DNA from: a virus
Reading direction: 5' to 3' (one strand)
Length of the DNA stretch: 64,000 bases
IMG/VR virus record: IMGVR_UViG_3300030333_008334
Span: 48,741-112,740 of that record
Shown here: positions 9,127-19,282 of the stretch, in pieces
Position numbering within the stretch: the stretch's first letter is position 1
Layout of the letters: each line of letters starts with the position of its first letter
The notes under the pieces: generated by a model
The model's input: the letters and a program-made list of their open reading frames with translations, nothing else
What the model was told of the DNA's origin: nothing
Database searches by the model: none
Position numbers and translations under genes: made by a program

Positions 9127-9141
9127 GACATTATCTTTTTC

Positions 9142-10254
9142 CTAGTAATCTAAACGTACTCGCAAGGTAAACTCTGTTGTGGGATCTTTTTTGAGTGGCT
9201 CAGATAGTTTTGCAACAGCCAACAATTCATTGTCTGCTGAATATAATCCAACTGTTGTAATATAAGAAACTGGAGTGTCTGTAGAAATATTCTTAACAAC
9301 CAATTTACTATCAGAAATATAACTTGGATTAGAACTATAATTGTATTCGTTATGATGCGCTCTGCAGTAATAAATCGTGGAATTCAACTCAGTAGTATTA
9401 TTAAACTGAATGTTCGATACTCTTCTTCTTACTGAATTGGCAATATTTTGAATAGTAGATCCAGTAACATAACGATATACATATGAGGATTTTGATCCGA
9501 CATTGGTAATGCCGAATGAAGCTGTAGCAAGTCCTGGGCCCGGGCCATCGGCTTGAGAGCCAACAACCCTCTTGTGGCCGAACACAGAAGCTGTTACAAC
9601 TGCGACGCCGGCTTGATAATAGACATGACCCAATGCTGTTTCTGGATGCGCGTTAGCGCCAGTTAAAAGTAGTCCATATTCGCCGGCAGGAGAATTAACA
9701 AAGTAGCTATTTTGTGCGCCATGATCTGATATGCTTAGCACACCGGCAACATCAGATTTTGAAATACCAATTTCACCTACTTCAGATCCAGTAATAAAGG
9801 ACATTGTAAAGGATCCTTTCTTGATTTCGTCTTTAGTTAAAAGTCTAGAGAAGCTAAAAAAGAAAGCTTGATGAAATTTTCTGTTTGCTTGAGCATTACC
9901 ACCTGTTGAAAAATTACCATCTTGATCGAATTTTCTAATTCCGCCAGTTACATCATGACCAACTAAAACCTGCGCCATTTGATTGTAGATATTTGATTTC
10001 TTGGTGTTTTGAGAAAAGCTGCTATTTTGCACCACTGAGGAATGACCAAATGTAATATCAAACAAGTGATTAGCCGAGGAGCTTAAGTAAGGATAATCAT
10101 AAACACTTTGGAACATTCCATGAGAAAAGTCTTTAATATTATGATCATTATAAGTACCTGAAACTAAAGCACCAGTCATCGGAATAGCTTCGTGCAAAAG
10201 TGTTCTTGTCGACGTAACGTCGTTATTCGTTAAAGATTTAAATGATGATGCCAT
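9142..10254 (-). CDS. Virion structural (baseplate/tail-associated) protein
   Basis: C-terminal YITTVGLYSADNELLAVAKLSEP...RVRLDY resembles the second half of P2 gpH-type tail-fibre N-terminal domains. Confidence 0.6.
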   Translation of the reverse strand: MASSFKSLTNNDVTSTRTLLHEAIPMTGALVSGTYNDHNIKDFSHGMFQSVYDYPYLSSSANHLFDITFGHSSVVQNSSFSQNTKKSNIYNQMAQVLVGHDVTGGIRKFDQDGNFSTGGNAQANRKFHQAFFFSFSRLLTKDEIKKGSFTMSFITGSEVGEIGISKSDVAGVLSISDHGAQNSYFVNSPAGEYGLLLTGANAHPETALGHVYYQAGVAVVTASVFGHKRVVGSQADGPGPGLATASFGITNVGSKSSYVYRYVTGSTIQNIANSVRRRVSNIQFNNTTELNSTIYYCRAHHNEYNYSSNPSYISDSKLVVKNISTDTPVSYITTVGLYSADNELLAVAKLSEPLKKDPTTEFTLRVRLDY

Positions 10255-10279
10255 TTGTTATTTCCTGTTTTTTTTTATT

Positions 10280-11257
10280 TTATGATGAAGGCAGTTTAAC
10301 ATATCTAATAGGAATGTCTATTCTATAGCCTGTCGTAACACCTGTAACGCGAACGTTGGTATCAATGTATTTTGTTGTGGCGCCTAGGCCCATGACGTTG
10401 TTTGAATCGATAGCGCCAAACTTTGTAAATAAATGTGTTGATGTTTGCAGCTCTAATTTTGCGCGTAGGCCAAACTGCAAGAAGCTTCCTCTCGGACCTC
10501 TAATAACTTCTGCTGGAGCAGTGCCGCCGGTGTCAGCTGGATTGGCGCCAATGACTCCCGTATTGCTGTTGTTTTTTACAAAATCAGAATTTGCGTCTGA
10601 GACATAATAACTAGCAATGCTGTCGTCATCTAGAAAAGAATATGTCATGACATTGCCACCTTCCATATTTTCTCCGCCTGTTGCCAGCTGTCCAAGTCTA
10701 TCATCCATCTCAACCATATATTGAGTTTCGTAAAGGTCTTGATCAATTTGCATTCCAGGTGAAATTTCTGTGGTGTCTAGCCCTTGATCGATACGAATGT
10801 AACCACCAACATAATTTTCTGTTTGCGTTGTTCCATTCAACACTCCATTTTTTAGAGTACCGCCGGTGTTCTTGGCAGCTTCTAGTGTTGTAGTGTCAAC
10901 TGCAACTAAAAATGTATTAGCCAACTTTCCAAAATCAGCGCGTTTTGTGGAAGCAGTGTTTAATTTTAAAATAGGCAAATATAAAAGGTTTGTCCTAGAG
11001 ATAGTAATTAGCTTTGACTTCATTGTTGAAGTATTGTTTGTAAATGCCTCTAGTACTGGCGTTTGCAAAATGTTTAGATCAAAATAAGCAGATCCGGAAG
11101 TGTGGGTCTTATCATAAAGACCATAGTTAATCTCGTCATCGCCTAAAGCAAACTTAGTAATCTTAAAACTTCCGTCGCCTCGGGCAAGTCTGAATCGGCC
11201 GGTATCTGTCAATACGGCATCTAAAATAATATCTCCAGAGTTGTCTAGAAAAGCCAT
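10280..11257 (-). CDS. Virion structural protein
   Basis: N-terminal VLTDTGRFRLARG...ITKFALGDD resembles the first half of P2 gpH-type tail-fibre N-terminal domains; AGGAG RBS. Confidence 0.6.
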   Translation of the reverse strand: MAFLDNSGDIILDAVLTDTGRFRLARGDGSFKITKFALGDDEINYGLYDKTHTSGSAYFDLNILQTPVLEAFTNNTSTMKSKLITISRTNLLYLPILKLNTASTKRADFGKLANTFLVAVDTTTLEAAKNTGGTLKNGVLNGTTQTENYVGGYIRIDQGLDTTEISPGMQIDQDLYETQYMVEMDDRLGQLATGGENMEGGNVMTYSFLDDDSIASYYVSDANSDFVKNNSNTGVIGANPADTGGTAPAEVIRGPRGSFLQFGLRAKLELQTSTHLFTKFGAIDSNNVMGLGATTKYIDTNVRVTGVTTGYRIDIPIRYVKLPSS

Positions 11258-11278
11258 TTATTTTCTCCTATTTTCTTT

Positions 11279-11287
11279 ATAAATAGT
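11279..11287 (-). promoter_or_regulatory. Candidate late-promoter motif ACTATTTAT(A)
   Basis: In an AT-rich intergenic gap, just upstream of the RBS of a structural gene. Confidence 0.5.
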
Positions 11288-11345
11288 ATTATGCATTATA
11301 ATCTACTTTTTAAAATTATTTAAAATAATTACTCTTTTTTTATTT

Positions 11346-14300
11346 TTAGTATGAAAGAAGAGGTTTTTTGTGTTTATGTTTGAATTCAAAATTAAAATCA
11401 ATTTTTCTTCCTGTTGTCTTGGATGTTAATCTCAACTTGAATTTTTTGCCAGTCATTGCTGAGCCGCTTAAATCTTGACGCGCAAACAAAGACTGTTCTG
11501 TAGCCCCCAGCACGGGATCAATTTTATCCAAATTTAAAGTTGGATTTTCTTCCGAGCCTGGTAGTTTAGATACTTTGTCGTTTATTGTCGATTGCTCACG
11601 GGTTGGTCTTATAAGAATATATTTTCTTACACTGCGTTCAAAATTATCTTTTGTTGGTTTCGGAAAATCATATATCTTAATTTTTGGTAGCACCGCAACA
11701 CGATATGCCTCAGAGCCATCTTCCAAAGTTGTTAGTTCTATTTCATAAACTGGAGATGGATTAGAAATATTACCTCTTGAATCTATACTTCTAAACATGT
11801 AATAATATTTCTTGTTAGGATTGATTTTATCTGTATAACTTGTTTTTGAAGTCGTGAATATCTTTCTACCTTTGAAATCTTGATATGATAAAGGCGGGTT
11901 TACAGTTCTAAAAACTTCAAATGAAACCAAAGGATTATCAGAGTTAAAAGTTATCTCCTCTCCTTCTCCAACAGATTGAGCTAATCTTTGAATATCAAAA
12001 TATTCTTGATCGCCTTCCTCGATTACTGTTGGCAAAACGTTTTCTTTACCAACTGAGCCGTCAAATAAAAACATGATTTTGTCTTTTACAGCCCTAAAAG
12101 GTATTGGCACAATTTGAGGAGGAAGCGGAGGCGCGTCTAACACCATTGAAAAACCGCCAGGGTCTACATTGAAATATGGCAATTCTATCAATTTCAATGT
12201 TGGCTTAACCATCACATTGAACCTCAAAGCCATCTCGGCGTCGGGATAAGGCATTTCTGTTTCCTGATCGTCGAGAGGAGGAGGAAGCATTTCTACGTCA
12301 GATTGCTGCACAACTCCTGTACCACCTTGACCGGTCATTCCTGATCCAACACTAGTGCCTCCATAATCAGTGCCAGTTTGATAAGGAGCAGTACCAACGC
12401 CAACCGGCCCAGGAGTAACAGGAGAGGTGCCATCAGGAGCAGCTACGGCCTGTTCATAGGTATCATCTCCAGAAGGCGATGTTGGTGGACTACATGTATT
12501 TTCTAAGGCACCGAAGCTGCTATACAAAATATTTCCGTTTGAATCGTAACCACTTATAACTATTGAAGAATCATCTTCGCATAATTCTGGTGTTGCAACA
12601 GGGACTTCAACATTTTCTGTTGGAGAATGTATCATAGGCAAATTAGCGCCGCCGGCAAAAACATCCCAGTAGCTGTATTCAGAGCCCACAACTGCGTGAT
12701 AAGCATAAACTCGATATCTATATACAATTCCATATTTAACTTGTGTATCCAAAATATTTGCAATATCAATCTTGTTTGAATTAGGAACATACATGTTTTG
12801 ACAAACTTCATACATTTGTGTTGTTGGATTAAGTTTGCTTTTTTCTATTCGATACAACACAATCTCTGAATCTGCATGTTCTCCTGCCATTATCTCTTCG
12901 TAAGTTCGAGCGCGCTGGCCAATATATTCTTTCATTTTACTTTTGAACACAGCTAGCAAAATTGTCTTAACAATAGAAGAAGAAGGATCTGAAAAGTCTA
13001 ATTCTTTTGTGCTAAAAAATACTGTATGAAGGTCTGATTTTTCATTTATATAATCTTCGCCCATTGTACGATAGCCGTTCATTATTTTTTCTAGATCCCA
13101 CACATTTCTAATTGTCTCTTCGAACTTTTGATTTTTTACCAACTTAGAATCTTGTGCTGGGCTTTCATCAATGGTATATCGATCAGCCATTTCGACAAAT
13201 TGTTTAGACCTTATACCCAGCATTGTATTATCTTTGTCTGAATCTGGCATATTGACATCTGTTATCTCAACAACTTTTTCAATAATTGCTGGCATCAAGA
13301 AAGATTCATTAAGGAGATTTGTCAAATCAACATCTCTGTCAGTTCTAAAAGTGATCTCAGTTGACATAGGAAAAGAAGATTTAAATTCAGAAAATTCACG
13401 CAACATATCCGCAGTCGATTCCGTAAAGACTACATTTTCATATGCAGAAGAATCATCCATAACTGATTGTGCTGCGCCGTCGCCGGCGGCTGCGTTTGCC
13501 AAGACTTTCGACAATACGTATGAGTATATGTTATAATACCTTTCTTTATCCATTGTGTGAAGAGCATCTCTCAAATCAATTTCTGGAAATAGTTTTTCTC
13601 CTTTATGATTTACTGCAATTTGCAACTGATTGGATAAAGTAATATTTGAAGTTATATGTCCTACCTTATTTGTAAACGTTGAAACTTCGTCTTCTTTTTC
13701 AGATAAAATCAAAAATGAATATAGGTTTGGTAAGGTATACTCATTGACCTCGGACGAAGCAATTGTGTCAATATAATTATCAAAATTAAAATTTGGAGAG
13801 TAATAAGTTTTTATATCCGCAGCTGTTGCGCCTGGTCCGGAATTCATTTTTTCCAGCTCTAAATTAGAAAAAGGTGCTACTGCGATAAAAGAATTGCTAT
13901 CAAATACTTTAATGTTACTAACAGTAGATTCATGAATTATAGGAGGATTATCGCCTGTTCCGTAGACATAGCCTCTCCACTCATCGATCGCGCTATAAAT
14001 TTCATCAAATCTTGTATTGCCGACATTTAAAGTAACAGAGACAGAATAAAGTTTTGCCCCTACCTGTTTTGCTAAATTATAAGATTCCGGGTATGCAGCT
14101 GCTTTGCTTTCTGGCACCTCGCCAAGATGCTCAATATTAATTGGCAATTGTCCTTGAATTGCTTTTGCCACTGATATTCCTTTATCTCCGGATTCACCAA
14201 TGACGCCGTTGCCAAAGATATTATATTTTAATCTATGCGCATACCAAAATCTTGTCCACAAACCTATGGGATATCCATAAATTAATTTTCCAGGAGCTTC

Positions 14301-14576
14301 AGGTTTTGCAGGATCAATTGGCACACCGGCAGATTCACCAGGCTTAATTAAATCCCAGTAGTTGCCCATTTCTATTCTAAATCTATCTCTAGAGTTATAT
14401 TCTGGACCCCATATGCGAAAATCAACACCGTAAAAAGAAGATCCGTTAGGCGTTGGATTTTCTGAATTTAAATCACCATATATATCTTTATCGATAACCA
14501 GTGTATTTTTACCTACACCGGAGGCATGATTCTTTGGAATATAAATAGATGAATTTTTCTTATCTTCTTTTGACAT
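11346..14576 (-). CDS. Large structural protein with FN3/Ig-like beta-sandwich motifs
   Basis: 1076 aa; DTQVKYGIVYRYRVYAY and YTDKINPNKKYYYMFRSIDSRGNISNPS are FN3-like; located in the tail module. Confidence 0.55.
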   Translation of the reverse strand: MSKEDKKNSSIYIPKNHASGVGKNTLVIDKDIYGDLNSENPTPNGSSFYGVDFRIWGPEYNSRDRFRIEMGNYWDLIKPGESAGVPIDPAKPEAPGKLIYGYPIGLWTRFWYAHRLKYNIFGNGVIGESGDKGISVAKAIQGQLPINIEHLGEVPESKAAAYPESYNLAKQVGAKLYSVSVTLNVGNTRFDEIYSAIDEWRGYVYGTGDNPPIIHESTVSNIKVFDSNSFIAVAPFSNLELEKMNSGPGATAADIKTYYSPNFNFDNYIDTIASSEVNEYTLPNLYSFLILSEKEDEVSTFTNKVGHITSNITLSNQLQIAVNHKGEKLFPEIDLRDALHTMDKERYYNIYSYVLSKVLANAAAGDGAAQSVMDDSSAYENVVFTESTADMLREFSEFKSSFPMSTEITFRTDRDVDLTNLLNESFLMPAIIEKVVEITDVNMPDSDKDNTMLGIRSKQFVEMADRYTIDESPAQDSKLVKNQKFEETIRNVWDLEKIMNGYRTMGEDYINEKSDLHTVFFSTKELDFSDPSSSIVKTILLAVFKSKMKEYIGQRARTYEEIMAGEHADSEIVLYRIEKSKLNPTTQMYEVCQNMYVPNSNKIDIANILDTQVKYGIVYRYRVYAYHAVVGSEYSYWDVFAGGANLPMIHSPTENVEVPVATPELCEDDSSIVISGYDSNGNILYSSFGALENTCSPPTSPSGDDTYEQAVAAPDGTSPVTPGPVGVGTAPYQTGTDYGGTSVGSGMTGQGGTGVVQQSDVEMLPPPLDDQETEMPYPDAEMALRFNVMVKPTLKLIELPYFNVDPGGFSMVLDAPPLPPQIVPIPFRAVKDKIMFLFDGSVGKENVLPTVIEEGDQEYFDIQRLAQSVGEGEEITFNSDNPLVSFEVFRTVNPPLSYQDFKGRKIFTTSKTSYTDKINPNKKYYYMFRSIDSRGNISNPSPVYEIELTTLEDGSEAYRVAVLPKIKIYDFPKPTKDNFERSVRKYILIRPTREQSTINDKVSKLPGSEENPTLNLDKIDPVLGATEQSLFARQDLSGSAMTGKKFKLRLTSKTTGRKIDFNFEFKHKHKKPLLSY

Positions 14577-14586
14577 AATCTTATCC

Positions 14587-17500
14587 TTAGTAGCCTCCGC
14601 CGCCTCCGCCGTAACCAGAGCCGGCTACTGGTGTTGTTGTTTTCATCGTAGCGTCTGCTAAATTTATAGTGAAATACTGGTTCATAATTGGAACATCAGT
14701 CGTTAATTTTGTTTCACTGACATTAAAGTCGTCGTTATAGTATCTTCTTAGGCGACATACTATTTCGCCTGCGCCGTTGGCTAATAAAGATTCCATTAAT
14801 TGATTTGTCAGCGGCGCCCAGTTTGGTGCGGCCATATGCTTTATTTGCATTTTCTTTTTTTGACCTAGATGATCTACGTATCTTTCGTCTGTCTTGAAGC
14901 CAATTAAAGCCTCGACTGCAACTATGTTCTTATATATCATCCAACTATAAGGAAAACTTGAGCCTTGCAAATCTTCAATTCCGAGCATGCCGCGGCGAAG
15001 AGCAGAATTCGATCCATACTGTGTTGGCTGCTGCTCCAATAGCATTGTCCAAAGCGGCAAAGGAAGATTGTTGACATATTGCTTGCCTTCAGGCTTATCA
15101 ACCAAGATCTTTGTCATCCTTGCCTCTTGTGAGGCTAAATTATAATCTAGTTTATTATCTAGATGATTTGGAAATATATTTGCCATCATGATACCAACAG
15201 ATGACATGATACCCGGTATTTTATCTTCTTTTGTACCCATGATATAATCATATTTTCTGCCAGTAGATGATTTTATATTTGATTGACGTTGTTTGTGAGC
15301 AGCATTGCCTGCCGGTGTTCCTTCTAAGAGTGGGTTTAATATCTCATTACCATCTTCATCGAGAATATAAATTCCCGTCTGAGATTCATATGATACATAC
15401 AAGAAATTATTCTCAGACGGTTTGTCCTGCAAGACATAGTTTCGGTGTTCATCGGTATCTTTAGGTACAATATGGCAATTATATTTTTCTAACACACTTA
15501 AATAAGTGTCTAATTTTCTTTCAACTGCAGTGCCATATAGTATTGATACTCGTTGATTAAAAGTTTTGTTATCAATAAATCTCGTGCTATAAGAACCAGC
15601 AACAACATGTTGCACTAGAGATATAACTGCTTCGGTAGACAGAGCTTTGACGTTAGTCTCTGACTGATAAAATCCAGTATACTGGCCCTCCAGCAGATCT
15701 GCAATCCCGCCAGTAAATCTAACTCCTGTAGGTGTCAAATATCGTGTGGCAATATCATAAGCATTTACAAAGTCACTATAAAAACGTTGTTTTGGAGCAC
15801 CTGCCGTAGAAGGAACAGTAGGGTCGTGATATATAACAGCCATCTCAAGATTATCTTTTGAGGTGTTTTGTGTTACATTCGGCAATATGTACTTTTCTAT
15901 TTCTTTAGACACCCTTACGTCATATTCTGCACGACTCATTTGTTTAATTCCAGGCTTGGTTTGCCACGTATTTAATAAATTTGCCACGCCCTGCATCGAT
16001 GAGCCAAGAAATTCATATCCACTAAAACTATTCATGAAATTAACTTCTAATATGTCTGAAAAAGTATACTCGTGCTCAAATATGCGTCGGCTAGAGGTGC
16101 CTTTGTTTTCCACGCTTACAGTATTTTGATTAAAACCTAAGCCATCTTTATCCAGTGATGGAACGCTTCCTAGTACATCTGTCAACGTTACAATAAATTC
16201 TTCTATTAATCTTATAACAGTATCGATGCCTTTTGGACTACCAGTTCTTGGTGCGCACATGTTTTTTAAATTCTTTCTTGTGCCCTCGACTGAAAATAAA
16301 TCGCCTGAATTATCATAAACCAATTGTGCGCAGTCTAAATAAGCATCGATTGCATTTTCCCAAGTTGATTCTCTGCCAGCCATTGAGCCAATGAATTGTT
16401 TTGTAAATCTTTTGTATATGTTATCCCATGAGCCAGCGCCTTTGTTGTCTGCGCCCTTTGAAGCCATGGCTCTGTAACTTCGAAGCGGCCTTAAATGACT
16501 GCGCAACGTAGAAATCTTATTCATTAAATATGAATGCACACCATTTCTAATTCTTAGTTTAATTGTGTATTGATATGTACCGCCAGATAAATTCGAAACA
16601 CTTCCGTCAGTTAGAGTAAAAAAACGAGCACCATCGCCAGTGCTTTCTAATAAATTAGTATTAGTTATTTCTCGAATACTACCAACAGATACTTCTGAAT
16701 GTTTTTCTAAATTTCCATGCTTTGTGCTGTCTGTACCGTATGAAATTCTTTTTGTCTGCAGTTTTGAAATCAATTTTTTATTGGAAGAATCTGACGTCGA
16801 CACAATCAACTCTGGTGGTATATTTTCGTCAACATCCAAAATGGTTTCTAGCGCTTCTGATTTATTTACTAATTTTTCTCTATAAACTTCAAGCAATAAT
16901 ATTTCACTATAAGAAAGAATGTCTTCTATTCTTTTTCTATCTTTTAGCTTTTGTGGAAAATCTAATAACGATGGGAAAAGAGAATTATTCTTTATCATCT
17001 TTCGATAATCCATGACAAAAAACATGTTGTTTATTGTTCCATTTCGCGTTGATACAGCTGGAGTCATATAAAGTTCTGACATATAAGATAGTTGTTTTCC
17101 AGCGTAAAGGGGTTTCTCAGAGGTCATTTTCAATCGATTATTGAATTGTGACATTAAATTCTCAATCGAAGTAAAATCTAAAACCCTAGGATTAGTAAGT
17201 CTCTCTATTCTTCTAAAATCAGTTATCTTATTGTTTTGTATTCTTTTTTTAGATAAATCTACTGATGTTGCACTCATTTTATGGCCAGTCATATATTTGC
17301 CGGCTTGATCTGTATTCTCCGGAGGATGATAGTGGATCGGGCCGGCCCAGGGCATGCCATCAGGCGTAACAAAATAATCTGTTGTTGATGCGACACCGGT
17401 CGAGGAGAGAACACGCTCTATCAAAGGAGCACTGTAAATAACATCAAAATTTGTTGGATTTATTCCAAACTCATCAACTAAAGGATTGCCTTCGCCACTA

Positions 17501-18141
17501 TTGTTTAAATCGACACTTATAAAAGAAACTAACATTAAATTTGATTGTGTGTCTGGGATTTCAAACGTAACAGTATAAGGCACATAATAAACATTTTTTC
17601 TAGTGTTAGGATCATATTTTGCGTAGGAAGAGCCAGTCGCTCTTCGACGTGGGCCTGTAGACGAATCATTTGCTCCTGACTCTACTTCAACTTCATTTAA
17701 ATTAATTTTAAAGTGTCTTACCTTATTTGTTTCTAGATCGGTGAAGGATTCGCCTCTAATTGTTTTTTCTATGTGCTTGGCTAAAAAATCATCTAGTGTT
17801 TTTGTATCTTTTACAGCGACAATATTAATTGCTAGAAACTTCTTAATCATATCACTATCAATCCACATTGGAAGATCGCTCTTTCCAGTCAATTGATCTT
17901 GCACAAGAACTGTTACTGTTACTTTAGTATTTCCGTCAGTTGAAACAATATTATGTATTTCCGCTTTTGGCTGCGAATTACCCAAAGCATATTTAATAAG
18001 CTTTCCGCTGATCGGGTCGTTTACCACCATATATTGTGTTTCCTCATTTATATGAGGGTTATCTTTCAATTTTTTATTATATCCAGCAGTGCCAGACTCT
18101 AAAACAATCTTATCAACAGACATGGAAGGCAATATATTCAT
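14587..18141 (-). CDS. Large hypothetical structural protein
   Basis: ~1184 aa ORF (start via TAATG overlap at 18141) inside the tail module; Gly-rich C-terminal tail. Confidence 0.55.
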   Translation of the reverse strand: MNILPSMSVDKIVLESGTAGYNKKLKDNPHINEETQYMVVNDPISGKLIKYALGNSQPKAEIHNIVSTDGNTKVTVTVLVQDQLTGKSDLPMWIDSDMIKKFLAINIVAVKDTKTLDDFLAKHIEKTIRGESFTDLETNKVRHFKINLNEVEVESGANDSSTGPRRRATGSSYAKYDPNTRKNVYYVPYTVTFEIPDTQSNLMLVSFISVDLNNSGEGNPLVDEFGINPTNFDVIYSAPLIERVLSSTGVASTTDYFVTPDGMPWAGPIHYHPPENTDQAGKYMTGHKMSATSVDLSKKRIQNNKITDFRRIERLTNPRVLDFTSIENLMSQFNNRLKMTSEKPLYAGKQLSYMSELYMTPAVSTRNGTINNMFFVMDYRKMIKNNSLFPSLLDFPQKLKDRKRIEDILSYSEILLLEVYREKLVNKSEALETILDVDENIPPELIVSTSDSSNKKLISKLQTKRISYGTDSTKHGNLEKHSEVSVGSIREITNTNLLESTGDGARFFTLTDGSVSNLSGGTYQYTIKLRIRNGVHSYLMNKISTLRSHLRPLRSYRAMASKGADNKGAGSWDNIYKRFTKQFIGSMAGRESTWENAIDAYLDCAQLVYDNSGDLFSVEGTRKNLKNMCAPRTGSPKGIDTVIRLIEEFIVTLTDVLGSVPSLDKDGLGFNQNTVSVENKGTSSRRIFEHEYTFSDILEVNFMNSFSGYEFLGSSMQGVANLLNTWQTKPGIKQMSRAEYDVRVSKEIEKYILPNVTQNTSKDNLEMAVIYHDPTVPSTAGAPKQRFYSDFVNAYDIATRYLTPTGVRFTGGIADLLEGQYTGFYQSETNVKALSTEAVISLVQHVVAGSYSTRFIDNKTFNQRVSILYGTAVERKLDTYLSVLEKYNCHIVPKDTDEHRNYVLQDKPSENNFLYVSYESQTGIYILDEDGNEILNPLLEGTPAGNAAHKQRQSNIKSSTGRKYDYIMGTKEDKIPGIMSSVGIMMANIFPNHLDNKLDYNLASQEARMTKILVDKPEGKQYVNNLPLPLWTMLLEQQPTQYGSNSALRRGMLGIEDLQGSSFPYSWMIYKNIVAVEALIGFKTDERYVDHLGQKKKMQIKHMAAPNWAPLTNQLMESLLANGAGEIVCRLRRYYNDDFNVSETKLTTDVPIMNQYFTINLADATMKTTTPVAGSGYGGGGGGY

Positions 18142-19238
18142 TAGCAAATTTCTCCTGAAGCCTCAGCGTCTTCTTTATCGGTTTCATAAATATCTTCTGA
18201 GTATTCATGAGACTGATCTAAATCTGCACAATCAATAAATTCGTCACCAAATATACCCTTTGACCGGTCAGTTATATGCTGACATAAGACTTCTGGTGAG
18301 ATCTCGTCATCTACAAAAATATCAAAATAATATTCTACATCTCGCGGTGTGACATCTGGAGTTAATAATTCTAATTCTTGTTCATCAAGTATGGCGCCAT
18401 TGTCTAGATTAGAAAAATCATTATTTCTATTATCATAACCTTGATTAATTAAAAAATTCAAAGGTATGAGATTTTCATCGCCTGTTTTAATATTGGCTGT
18501 GTTGACAACATCTTTTATCTCTTCTATTTCAAAAAGTTCTATATCAAAATTTTTGAGCAAATATTGAGTATTTTTTTCTTCAATATTGATCAACAAGAAA
18601 TCTTCTTCTACTGTTATTAGTCCTGAGCCGGCTTGGCCAGGTACGTTTAAATCTATATCATCTGGCGTCAACATACCGGCAGCTAAAGCATGTGTGTCTA
18701 TTGTCTCTAAATTAATTGATGTTTCATAGACGGCTTGGCAATCAATTTGTGGATAATTTATTACCCTGTCCATATTAGTTTTGTTGCTGTTGCCGGTGAT
18801 ATGTGTATAATTTTTCGACTGGATTAATTCACCTTTATAAAACTTTACAAACCAAGCAGCTGCTTTATCAATATTTAAATCTGTCGTACCTAAAGGGCTG
18901 ACTAACGCGTGATGCTTATCGTTTGAAGGCTGAATACTTTCTGCACCTAAATCAACCCTTTCAGAAGTTAATTTAGATCTTACCATTTCATTTATTCTCT
19001 TAACTTCTGTTTCTATGCCACTATAGACATATTGTGTTTTTAATCGAGGAGTTTCTGAACGTATTCTGTCTTCTGAAGTGTTTTGCTCTTCTGTAACTCC
19101 AGCGTAGTTAGTATCATATAAGATATCGTCATCATAAAAAGCATAATACGCCGGTTTCATTCTACCTTTTGAAAGTAAATATTTTCCATATTGCGTTAAT
19201 TCTAGGTCGATGACATCTTCTTTTCGATCAAAAAACAT
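18141..19238 (-). CDS. Structural protein; N-terminus paralogous to 10280-11257
   Basis: FFDRKEDVIDLELTQYGKYLLSKG....YYAFYDDDILY aligns with FLDNSGDIILDAVLTDTGRFRLARG....KFALGDDEINY. Confidence 0.6.
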   Translation of the reverse strand: MFFDRKEDVIDLELTQYGKYLLSKGRMKPAYYAFYDDDILYDTNYAGVTEEQNTSEDRIRSETPRLKTQYVYSGIETEVKRINEMVRSKLTSERVDLGAESIQPSNDKHHALVSPLGTTDLNIDKAAAWFVKFYKGELIQSKNYTHITGNSNKTNMDRVINYPQIDCQAVYETSINLETIDTHALAAGMLTPDDIDLNVPGQAGSGLITVEEDFLLINIEEKNTQYLLKNFDIELFEIEEIKDVVNTANIKTGDENLIPLNFLINQGYDNRNNDFSNLDNGAILDEQELELLTPDVTPRDVEYYFDIFVDDEISPEVLCQHITDRSKGIFGDEFIDCADLDQSHEYSEDIYETDKEDAEASGEIC

Positions 19239-19282
19239 TTACTTGTTCCTCTTTGTAATAATTAGAAAACAATATGATTTTA

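Noticed and set aside
14541-14549. Additional CTATTTAT motif
   Set aside because: Lies inside the 5' end of the 1076 aa CDS; may be chance in AT-rich DNA and is not counted as a promoter
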